A stretch of 50,500 nucleotides of DNA. Origin: an uncultured Bacilli bacterium. Its GTDB lineage: Bacteria; Bacillota_I; Bacilli_A; RF39; UBA660. Every line of letters begins with the position of its first letter. The first letter of the stretch is position 1. This document shows positions 16,795-24,893 of the stretch, piece by piece. A program made the translations under genes and the position numbers. The notes under the pieces were generated by a model. It made no database searches and was not told where the DNA came from. It saw only the letters and a program-made list of their open reading frames with translations. Where the stretch lies: positions 1-50,500 of the forward strand of contig CALVIH010000004.1 in assembly GCA_944329445.1 (NCBI GenBank), in the 5' to 3' direction.

Positions 16795-17415
16795 TTAATT
16801 ATCTTGAACAAATCCAAAATCAACCGTAAAATTAACTGTTTGCGGTTCGGTTATGGCTCTATTCCAACTCTCGTCCCAACCAATTAATACGTTTATAACG
16901 TAGTTACCAGAACTATCCCCGGCTGGAATAATAATATCTGTTGAATTAATATTCATATTGCTATCCGTTACGGCCGCAAGGAAAAACGCACCATTATTCT
17001 CATCATAATATACATCTTTAAAAAGAGAACAAGCTTCATCAAAATATGATGTTAAATCACACACATTATCCCTATTAAATTGTGGATTTGCAGTAATACT
17101 ATTTAATCTTGCATCAACCGTTCCATGATTCTCTATGTTTGCCATAAACGTATATAACTTCCCAGGAACCAATAACGTTGCCTCAAAAGTTATTTTTGTA
17201 CCATCTATGGAATAAGAAACGTAAGTCTCATCAATCATGCTACTATCACCACTATTATCAGCAAGTTGTGGATTAGTTAGTTCCAAATTTAATGCACCCT
17301 CTGCTTTTGCTGTTCCGCTTATGTTTAAATTATCACTAAACAAAGCATATCCTACCGATAAAATAAATACCAACGCAATTGCACCTATAATTATTATTTT
17401 ATTTGTCTTTTTCAT
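16795..17415 (-). CDS. Secreted protein with a SipW-type (TasA/camelysin-like) signal peptide, paralog 2
   Basis: The N-terminus is MKKTNKIIIIGAIALVFILSVGYALFSDNLNISGTA. The core is predicted beta-rich (IENHGTVDARL) and the C-terminus is FTVDFGFVQ. The start is at the ATG with an AGGAG SD, not the track's longer start. Confidence 0.5.
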   Translation of the reverse strand: MKKTNKIIIIGAIALVFILSVGYALFSDNLNISGTAKAEGALNLELTNPQLADNSGDSSMIDETYVSYSIDGTKITFEATLLVPGKLYTFMANIENHGTVDARLNSITANPQFNRDNVCDLTSYFDEACSLFKDVYYDENNGAFFLAAVTDSNMNINSTDIIIPAGDSSGNYVINVLIGWDESWNRAITEPQTVNFTVDFGFVQDN

Positions 17416-17431
17416 ATGATTACTCCTTTCA

Positions 17432-18079
17432 TTAGCTAACTTGTTCAAAAACAAAGTCAAACGTTCTAGTCACGCCATAATCTAACTTGTTAGTCTTTTC
17501 GTTACCTGTTGCCATTTCAGCAATTCCTATGGTGTAAACACCACCATTTTTGCTCATGTAACAGGATGGCTTATTACAAAATTCATCTCCTGATATCTCC
17601 ATATTATCAGTTGAAGGTAAATCCGGATTTATAATCATAACACCTAATCTATCGCTGGATTGCACCAATTCTGCCTTACTTCTTCTATAAACACCAAACA
17701 CTGCCGATGATCCATTTTTAATAGATCCTGTATATTCTGAATTTATATTTACCTGTTTTATCTTAACATCAAAACTACTATTATTTGTTACTTGAACATA
17801 AAAAGCTTGAGTCGCTCCAGAATTATTAAACGCAACACTATAAGAACATCTCATACCACTGCAAGAAATTGATTCGTTTGAATGTCCTGTTTCTGTCGTA
17901 CTCGTAGAAAAGCTATTATCCCCATAAGGAACAACTCCATATTCTAATTCCAAACTAATGTCAGTAGGATTAATATTAGCCGTACTACTTACGTTTATGT
18001 TACCGCTTAAAAGAGCATAACCAATGGTTATGACCGCTAAAAATAATAAAATACCAAATATAACTCCTTTATTTCTCAT
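17432..18079 (-). CDS. Secreted protein with a SipW-type (TasA/camelysin-like) signal peptide, paralog 1
   Basis: The N-terminus is MRNKGVIFGILLFLAVITIGYALLSGNINVSSTA. The core carries VTNNSSFDVKI and the C-terminus is FDFVFEQ. The layout matches the downstream gene. Confidence 0.5.
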   Translation of the reverse strand: MRNKGVIFGILLFLAVITIGYALLSGNINVSSTANINPTDISLELEYGVVPYGDNSFSTSTTETGHSNESISCSGMRCSYSVAFNNSGATQAFYVQVTNNSSFDVKIKQVNINSEYTGSIKNGSSAVFGVYRRSKAELVQSSDRLGVMIINPDLPSTDNMEISGDEFCNKPSCYMSKNGGVYTIGIAEMATGNEKTNKLDYGVTRTFDFVFEQVS

Positions 18080-18102
18080 TTTTTACTACTCCATTCTTTA
18101 AA

Positions 18103-18131
18103 ATTATAACATTAATAACAATCTAACTCAA
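18103..18131 (-). promoter_or_regulatory. SigmaA promoter for the TasA-like gene pair
   Basis: Minus strand reads TTGAGT (18126-18131), a 17-nt spacer, then TATAAT (18103-18108), preceded by TGt (extended -10). Confidence 0.6.
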
Positions 18132-18153
18132 CCTTACGACACGATACTTTACA

Positions 18154-18669
18154 CTATTTTTTAACGTTTGCTTTTTTATCTATAAACGTTTTTGTACAAT
18201 CTAATAAAAATAAAATAGTTAATAATATTGTAATCCAAACTGGTATTTTTTTTATTATCCCATCTAGCAAAGGATGAATGATGTAAATAAATATTACGCT
18301 TGCAATTCCCCATACCAGGGTCATTTCTAAGGATATATAATGTCCTATATGAAACTTTTGGGAAGAATAATCCCAAAATACTTCGCCAAATATTTTTTCA
18401 ATCAAAACACCACCTAAGGCTTCCAACGTAGATAATACTATCGCCACAACAAAAAACATTATTACCGTTTCCCAAAATCGATGCATATGAAGATTTTTAA
18501 ACAAATACTCTGATACAAATAAAATGGTTACCGCTCCAATACCATAAACCGGTGTCCACCATCCGTTTAGTATTCCACTTTTAAAACCATTTCCCGTGAT
18601 TAAAGCCATGATGGTTTCTAAAAAGTATCCTAGTATCGAATATATAAAAAAACAATTCAAATAATACAT
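18154..18669 (-). CDS. DUF1113 / putative ABC-transporter type IV (CmpB-like) membrane protein
   Basis: FFIYSILGYFLE...TPVYGIGAV...FWDYS motifs and about 5 TM segments. The start is at MYYLNCFF, with the SD AAGGGTGAG. Confidence 0.65.
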   Translation of the reverse strand: MYYLNCFFIYSILGYFLETIMALITGNGFKSGILNGWWTPVYGIGAVTILFVSEYLFKNLHMHRFWETVIMFFVVAIVLSTLEALGGVLIEKIFGEVFWDYSSQKFHIGHYISLEMTLVWGIASVIFIYIIHPLLDGIIKKIPVWITILLTILFLLDCTKTFIDKKANVKK

Positions 18670-18706
18670 GTTCTCACCCTTAATAGCATGTATTATTAAA
18701 TTGTTT

Positions 18707-19195
18707 TTATGCACTTTTTACACTCGTTTTATCTTTTTCCTGATCTTTATAATTTCTTTTTTCTATCTGCCAAACCATACCTATTTCGTCAAGAAGTTTT
18801 ATTTGGTTATTCTGCAATTTTTTTATTTTATATAAATATCTTTGCCTCATAACCCATTCATCTATTTTTATTTTATATCCACGATGAAAATAAACCTCTC
18901 CCTGAATCGGAAGTAAATTCCCACGTTCTTTATAATACTCTTTTGCTAATAAATAATTTTTTATCCAATGGTTAATAGTGTGATATTGATTAGCGAAATA
19001 CTTAGTTTTAATCTTTTCGGTTTCACTTGTTATTTTATTATAAAAAGCCAAGTCAATATCTTTCTTTTCGTTATCATCACTATATACATTACTTTTTTCT
19101 TTAAGATCAAAAAAGTGTTCAAGATTAGAATAGTCTCCTTTTACTACGTTTTCATTTTTCAACCTTTCAAAATCTTCCTCAAAACTTCTTAACAT
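18707..19195 (-). CDS. Stand-alone helicase-associated (HA) domain-like protein
   Basis: The C-terminal half (WIKNYLLAKEYYKERGNLLPIQ...IDEWVMRQRY...LQNNQIKLLDEIGMVWQ) fits the HA-domain pattern. It starts 9 nt after the cysS stop. Confidence 0.4.
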   Translation of the reverse strand: MLRSFEEDFERLKNENVVKGDYSNLEHFFDLKEKSNVYSDDNEKKDIDLAFYNKITSETEKIKTKYFANQYHTINHWIKNYLLAKEYYKERGNLLPIQGEVYFHRGYKIKIDEWVMRQRYLYKIKKLQNNQIKLLDEIGMVWQIEKRNYKDQEKDKTSVKSA

Positions 19196-19204
19196 ATACT
19201 ACCT

Positions 19205-20620
19205 CTATTTTATTACTACCCAATCCGTTCCTTCTTTGGTATCCTTTAATTGAATTCCTTTTTTTAATAATTCGTCCCTTATTTTATCCGCCTTTAAAAA
19301 ATCTTTGTTCTTTTTTGCTTCCAATCGTTTTTTTATCTTTTCCTCAACGTATAAAATTGTTTCATCATCTAATTTGCTTGCGTCTTTTTTTAGTAAATCT
19401 AATGATAAAACCTCATCAAAAGACCTTACTAGTTCTCTTTTTGTAAAATCATTTAAATCATTATCCTTTAAAACGTCATATAAAACGGTTAAGGCGCTTG
19501 ACGTATTCATGTCTTCATTAATGCATTTTAAGAACTCATTCTTATAATACCCAAATTTTGCGTTATCTAACTCTCCGTCTTCATTTAATGATAAAGTTCT
19601 TTGTCTTAACTTTTTATATGTTTGCTCGGCATTATCTAAGTTTTCAAAAGTAAAAATAAGTTGCTTACGATAGTGTGATTGTAAGCACATTAAACGATAA
19701 GATAAAGGGTTATAGCCTTTTTCTTCTAATAGAGATATTGTTAGAAAATCTCCTTTACTTTTACTCATCTTACCATTTTTATCATTTAAATGTTCACAAT
19801 GCACCCAATAATTACACCATTTATGCCCTAAATAAGCCTCACTTTGTGCGATTTCATTAGTGTGATGTGGAAATATATTATCAACGCCTCCACAGTGGAT
19901 ATCTAAGTATTCTCCTAAGTGTTTCATGCTAATACAAGAACACTCAATATGCCATCCCGGATAACCTAAACCCCAAGGTGACTCCCACTTTAACTCTTGA
20001 TCCTCAAACTTAGACTTAGTAAACCACAATACAAAATCTGCTTGATTCTTCTTGTTAGAATCGTTTTCTACTCCTTCTCTTGCGCCAACTACCATTTCGT
20101 CTTCTTTATGATTAGTTAAAACATAATAATCATCTAATTTAGACGTGTCAAAATAAACGTTACCACCGCTTTTATAAGCGTATTTTTTTTCTAACAAAAC
20201 CGTAATTAACTTAATGTAATCATCAATTAAGTTGGTCGCTGGTTCAATTGTTTCAGGCTTTTTTATGTTTAACTTTTCAAAATCTTTAAAGAAAGCCTCA
20301 GTATAAAACTTAGCAATATCCAAAACTGATTTATTCTGCTTTTTAGCACTTTTAACCATTTTGTCTTCGCCAGTATCAGAATCGCTTGAAAGATGACCAA
20401 CGTCCGTTATGTTCATAACCCTGTTTACCTTGTATCCATTATACATAAGAGTTTTTTCTAAAATATCTTCCATTATGTAACTTCTTAAGTTACCAATGTG
20501 AGCATAATGATACACCGTGGGTCCACAAGTATACATTTTAACTATTTTTTTGTCCCTTGGTATGAATTCTTCAACCCTTCTAGTTAAAGTATTATATAAT
20601 TTCACACTAATCACATCCAT
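19205..20620 (-). CDS. cysS: Cysteine--tRNA ligase
   Basis: Class I HIGN (HYAHIGN) and KMSKS motifs over a full-length CysRS. The true start may be the GTG at 20605, which gives MKLYNTLT preceded by GGATGTGAT. The ATG at 20620 has no SD. Confidence 0.93.
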   Translation of the reverse strand: MDVISVKLYNTLTRRVEEFIPRDKKIVKMYTCGPTVYHYAHIGNLRSYIMEDILEKTLMYNGYKVNRVMNITDVGHLSSDSDTGEDKMVKSAKKQNKSVLDIAKFYTEAFFKDFEKLNIKKPETIEPATNLIDDYIKLITVLLEKKYAYKSGGNVYFDTSKLDDYYVLTNHKEDEMVVGAREGVENDSNKKNQADFVLWFTKSKFEDQELKWESPWGLGYPGWHIECSCISMKHLGEYLDIHCGGVDNIFPHHTNEIAQSEAYLGHKWCNYWVHCEHLNDKNGKMSKSKGDFLTISLLEEKGYNPLSYRLMCLQSHYRKQLIFTFENLDNAEQTYKKLRQRTLSLNEDGELDNAKFGYYKNEFLKCINEDMNTSSALTVLYDVLKDNDLNDFTKRELVRSFDEVLSLDLLKKDASKLDDETILYVEEKIKKRLEAKKNKDFLKADKIRDELLKKGIQLKDTKEGTDWVVIK

Positions 20621-20643
20621 TCATAACAAGTATATTATACTAT

Positions 20644-20687
20644 AAAAAAAAAAAGAAAAAAAGTGATATTAATTTTTAACATCACTT
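20644..20687 (-). terminator. Rho-independent terminator of clpC
   Basis: AT-rich hairpin of about 12 bp (AAGUGAUGUUAA-AAA-UUAAUAUCACUU) followed by U7CU11 on the minus strand. Confidence 0.55.
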
Positions 20688-22936
20688 AGCCTAAAAAGAA
20701 TATTTACCTTGTTCTTATAATTTATAAGCGCTTGTACTATTTGTTCTTCAATCAAAGATTCTACGGTTCCTATCAAATCTGAAAGATTATCACAAGTTTT
20801 TATTTTTTCTTCAATAATTCTTAAATCACTTTTTGGTATGCTAACTTTTATGTTGGGATAGCCATTAATTACGTCATCAATTTTTTTATTAATGATTCTT
20901 TTCTTATCCTCATAACTCATATCCTCCAATGATAATTTGGTGTGTATGTTACTAATAAACTTATCTGGTAAATCTTCTGTTTTAATTTCTTTTTTATTTC
21001 CAAATCCAACGTATCCTTTTTTATTATTAATCTTATAAGTAAAAATAAGAATAGTGTTAGTAAAATCTATTTTTCTTCCACTGGCATCCTCAATTATTCC
21101 GTTTTCTAAAATTCTAATAAAAATATCTTTAACTTCACCAGACGCTTGATTAAAGTTATCAATTATTAAAGCCGAGGACGGGTTTGTTCTTACTTTTTCA
21201 AAGACGTGGTTCTTATTATCATATCCAACATATCCTGCCGTTGCCCCTATAAGCTTTGTAATGGTATGATACTCTTTATATTCTGATAAATCTAATTCTA
21301 TTATGTTTTTTTTATTAGTAATACCATTTAAAAACTCTTTTGCTAACAAAGTCTTTCCAGAAGCAGTAGGACCAAATATAAGAATACTATAGCATCGTTT
21401 TGATTTTGATAACTCTTTTCTTTTTAAGGAATTAACTATTGCTTTAATAGCTTTTTTCTGACCTATTACAACGTCGTTAAGTTTGTTTTCTAAGTCACTA
21501 TAATACTTTATTCTTTCCTTGTTAACACCGGGTATTCTTACGTTTCCTTTGGCCTTAATTACGTTTAATACATCATTTTTTGTTACGTGTTTTTTGTTTA
21601 AACTAATGTTTTTCAACATTTCATTTAGTTTGTTTTCACTAGTTTTTATTTCGTATGCAAGTTTAAAATCTCCTGATGAAATAGCGTTTATCTTATCCTT
21701 TTTTAACTTTTCCACCTTTTGTTTTAATAGTTTACTTTTCTTCTCTGATTTTGTTTCAGCGTTAGATACCTTTGCGCAAACTTCATCAAGAATGTCAATT
21801 GATCTGTCTGGCTCATACCTATTTGTTAAGTATTTTTCTGATAAAGAAACGATGTCTTTTACTAAATTATCATTTAGTTTAATACCATGATATCGTTCGT
21901 ATAGTGGTTTTATTTCAGTTAAAATTTTAATCAAACTATCTTTATCTGGTTCCTCTACTTTTACAGTTTGAAAACGTCTTGCTAAAGCGGCATCGGGTTC
22001 TATGTACTTTTTATATTCTTCTTCGGTTGTTGCTCCTATTATTTTTATAATCCCCCTAGCTAATGCTGGTTTAAAAATGTTGGAAGCATCAATTGCTCCT
22101 TCAGCACCACCAGCACCGACCATGGTGTGTATTTCATCAATAAATAATATGATGTCTTGGTTATCTTCAAGTTCCCTTATCAAGGTTTTCATTTTTTCCT
22201 CAAACTCACCACGATATTTAGTACCAGAAACCAGTGAAAAAATATTCAAAGATATTATTCTTTTACCTTGCAAAACACGAGGACAATTAGAGCTTACCAT
22301 AAGGTTTGCAATACCCTCTACTATGGCGGTTTTTCCTACCCCGGCGGGCCCTATCAGCATCGGGTTATTTTTCTTTCTTCTAAGTAATATTTCAATGGTT
22401 TCATTTATTTCTTTATCCCTTCCAATAACCGGATCTAATTTTTTTTCTTTTGCTAATCTAGTCAAATTAGTACCAAGGTCCTCTATCAAAAGTTTTCTTT
22501 TTCTTTGATTTTTAACATTTTTCTTAAGTTTTAAATCATAATAAAGTTTATCTATGTTAACATTAAAACTTTTTAAAATACTATATGCTATTCCATCTTC
22601 TTCATCAAGAATTGATATTATGATTATCTCAGGATTAACTACCCTATTATTTTCTTCTCTAGCCTCTATTACCGCATTTTCCAAAACCCTTTTTAAAAGT
22701 GGCGTATACAAAACGAAATCACTTGGTTTACTTCCAACCCCAACCAAACTTATTAATTTATCCCTAAATTTTTTATAGGTTATTTTATACTTCTTTAACG
22801 TATCTATTAATCTACTATCCTTAAGGACCGATAAAAAAAGATGTTCACTACCAACGTAAGGATGGTTTAATAAATCTTTTTCAATCTCGGCCTGTTTTAA
22901 CAAATGCCTTACCTCTTCGCTAAAGTTAACAAACAT
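20669..22936 (-). CDS. clpC: ClpC-type class III stress AAA+ chaperone (Clp_N, active D1, degenerate D2)
   Basis: Clp_N repeats are present. D1 carries GPAGVGKT, ILFIDEIH and ALARRFQ. There is a UVR-like middle region. D2 has GPTASGKT but reads IIDNFNQAS where LLDEIEKAH is expected. The YVGF ClpP-docking loop is retained. Confidence 0.85.
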   Translation of the reverse strand: MFVNFSEEVRHLLKQAEIEKDLLNHPYVGSEHLFLSVLKDSRLIDTLKKYKITYKKFRDKLISLVGVGSKPSDFVLYTPLLKRVLENAVIEAREENNRVVNPEIIIISILDEEDGIAYSILKSFNVNIDKLYYDLKLKKNVKNQRKRKLLIEDLGTNLTRLAKEKKLDPVIGRDKEINETIEILLRRKKNNPMLIGPAGVGKTAIVEGIANLMVSSNCPRVLQGKRIISLNIFSLVSGTKYRGEFEEKMKTLIRELEDNQDIILFIDEIHTMVGAGGAEGAIDASNIFKPALARGIIKIIGATTEEEYKKYIEPDAALARRFQTVKVEEPDKDSLIKILTEIKPLYERYHGIKLNDNLVKDIVSLSEKYLTNRYEPDRSIDILDEVCAKVSNAETKSEKKSKLLKQKVEKLKKDKINAISSGDFKLAYEIKTSENKLNEMLKNISLNKKHVTKNDVLNVIKAKGNVRIPGVNKERIKYYSDLENKLNDVVIGQKKAIKAIVNSLKRKELSKSKRCYSILIFGPTASGKTLLAKEFLNGITNKKNIIELDLSEYKEYHTITKLIGATAGYVGYDNKNHVFEKVRTNPSSALIIDNFNQASGEVKDIFIRILENGIIEDASGRKIDFTNTILIFTYKINNKKGYVGFGNKKEIKTEDLPDKFISNIHTKLSLEDMSYEDKKRIINKKIDDVINGYPNIKVSIPKSDLRIIEEKIKTCDNLSDLIGTVESLIEEQIVQALINYKNKVNILFRLSDVKN

Positions 22937-22997
22937 AAGTTTCCCCTTTCTTTAATATCCTATGTTTGTTATGGGGTTAATATTTAAATTTAATACA

Positions 22998-23025
22998 AGA
23001 AAAAAAGAGACTTTTAACGTCTCTT
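22998..23025 (-). terminator. Rho-independent terminator after the transporter gene pair
   Basis: 7-bp stem AAGAGAC/GTCTCTT with a 7-nt loop and a U-run on the minus strand. Confidence 0.65.
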
Positions 23026-23028
23026 AAT

Positions 23029-24033
23029 TTATACTAATGCAAAAACTATTATAGAAGCTATTATTATGATTACTAGTAATGCAAGTAGTACCTTCCATAT
23101 GTGTTTAAACCATTTTCCATATGGTATATCTAGGTAATATAGACCTATAATTAGTGCTACCGAAGTAGGTGCAATAATCATAACTAAATTATATATACCT
23201 TGCATTATAAGTCCCATTACTCCGTATAGGTCAGTATTTGATACTACGGTAGTAAATACTGAACCGATCGCAGATACAAAGTAATAGAAATCACCAGTAA
23301 TTACGCTTCCTATCATAGAAGCTAACGTTACCGTTGCAATGTTAAAGCCTTCAGCCCATGACATAATCCAATTTGTAATAGTTACGTTTACACCAGAAGT
23401 TACCATGATTACAAGTACGATACTTATAAGCATTGCGGTTATTGCAACTGGTAATACTTTTTTTATTCCTGCCGTGGTAGTAGAAATAAAATCATTAAAC
23501 TTAATTTTAGAACATAACGCTATGATAGCAGTTAAGATAAATAAGAATATTGCAACGTCAGTCATAGTCCATGAACCAAACGCGTTTATAACACCCGTAG
23601 TAGACCCGTAAGTTGTATCTACTACAACTGGAGCTCCTATTAAGTTGCTAAATATTTGATAATCACCAATCTTGATGTTTCCAAGCCAAGTATTAAAATC
23701 AGTAAATATAGTACAATTAGTAAACAATGATTCCCATGGTATTATCGCTCCAATTATAAATAAAACGAATAACACTAAACCAGTACCAAACAAAACGTTG
23801 GTCCTTCTATCGCTATTTACTGGAATTTTACCTTCTTTATCTGATTTTTCAGTTAATACCGTAATGAACTCAGCGATTGATAAGATAGTAGGTACTAACG
23901 TCCAACAAAATACTATACTTAGTATTCCGGCTTTTATCTTACCAGCATAAAACTTATTTATACCAAAAGTACCTAATAAAATTGTTAATATTGCATAGAC
24001 AACTTTATTCACTTTTCTGTTAGTATCTTTCAT
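23029..24033 (-). CDS. TM2-domain fusion to the C-terminal half of a YfcC/DcuC-type transporter
   Basis: The N-terminus AILTILLGTFGINKFYAGKIKAGILSIV is a TM2 domain. The remainder aligns by eye with the YfcC C-terminal half (IIAPTSVALIIGLYYLDIPYGKWFK vs E. coli IIYPTSASLMATLGVCRVDFRNWLK). Confidence 0.55.
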   Translation of the reverse strand: MKDTNRKVNKVVYAILTILLGTFGINKFYAGKIKAGILSIVFCWTLVPTILSIAEFITVLTEKSDKEGKIPVNSDRRTNVLFGTGLVLFVLFIIGAIIPWESLFTNCTIFTDFNTWLGNIKIGDYQIFSNLIGAPVVVDTTYGSTTGVINAFGSWTMTDVAIFLFILTAIIALCSKIKFNDFISTTTAGIKKVLPVAITAMLISIVLVIMVTSGVNVTITNWIMSWAEGFNIATVTLASMIGSVITGDFYYFVSAIGSVFTTVVSNTDLYGVMGLIMQGIYNLVMIIAPTSVALIIGLYYLDIPYGKWFKHIWKVLLALLVIIIIASIIVFALV

Positions 24034-24806
24034 TATTTAGCCACCTTCTTTCTACCAGTAGCTTTTTTTGTAGTTTTCTTAGTAGTGCTAGTTTTTTTAG
24101 CAGTACTAGTTTTAGTAGATGTACTCTTTTTAGTATCCTTTTTCTCTACCTTTTTGGTTTCCGATTTAACGGAAGCCTTAGTTTCGTTTTTAACTACATT
24201 CTTCTCTTTTTTAACATTTTTTGGTGCAGTAAAGAAGATTAATATAGCCAAACATATAACAAGTAAAATAACTTTTACTAATAAAAGTGTATTAACTTCC
24301 AAGCTAAGTAAGCTAAATAAAGTTCCGTTATAAATACCACACATAGCACCAACTAATGAGGCTATAATGGTAGACGATAAAATAACTTTTTTATCAATTT
24401 CAAGCGCTTTCATAACTTGATATACAAACGGAACAAACATAATTAATATGATTGCATCACTTACTACACAAGCTAAAACACCAAATACAATTATAGAAAT
24501 TGTAACTAAAAGCCCTTTTTTCTTTTCAAATATGGAAGCAACTTTTTTAACAAACTTGTTATACACTTCTATTTTTGACATTATCGCATAGAAGCACGCA
24601 ACAGCTATTAAAAATACTGCGATTCCATTAAAGTAAGATATGGATATACTTAAATTAGAAAGTAATGACCATACACCTACGGCAGCAATATCACCAGTAA
24701 CAACGTTACCACTATAATCAGCATACGAACCAGGGATGAATAATGTTAGTAACCATGCTACAACTACGGTTATTGCTAATACTTTTAACAAATTGTATTT
24801 TTTCAT
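24033..24806 (-). CDS. N-terminal half of a YfcC/DcuC-type transporter with a Lys/Thr-rich tail
   Basis: Its TM layout and LFIPGSY motif resemble the YfcC N-terminal half. The C-terminal 60 aa are KKx/T-rich. The stop overlaps the next ATG (TAATG). The start is at MKKYNLL, with an AGGAGG SD. Confidence 0.5.
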   Translation of the reverse strand: MKKYNLLKVLAITVVVAWLLTLFIPGSYADYSGNVVTGDIAAVGVWSLLSNLSISISYFNGIAVFLIAVACFYAIMSKIEVYNKFVKKVASIFEKKKGLLVTISIIVFGVLACVVSDAIILIMFVPFVYQVMKALEIDKKVILSSTIIASLVGAMCGIYNGTLFSLLSLEVNTLLLVKVILLVICLAILIFFTAPKNVKKEKNVVKNETKASVKSETKKVEKKDTKKSTSTKTSTAKKTSTTKKTTKKATGRKKVAK

Positions 24807-24893
24807 TTCTCCTCCTATAAAAATTTTAATCCATTTTAGGGCCAAAATTATGGCAATATGCACCGTATGCCCTAGTTTTGTCCTACGTTTTAA

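Noticed and set aside
20621-20668. Possible T-box riboswitch upstream of cysS.
   Set aside because: The intergenic space is only 48 nt and is occupied by the clpC terminator and a -10 element. There is no specifier or antiterminator structure.
22937-22997. CtsR operator (GGTCAAA direct repeat) upstream of clpC, and likewise upstream of clpP at 15351-15462.
   Set aside because: I found no GGTCAAA-type heptad repeat in either region, so CtsR control is not supported from sequence.
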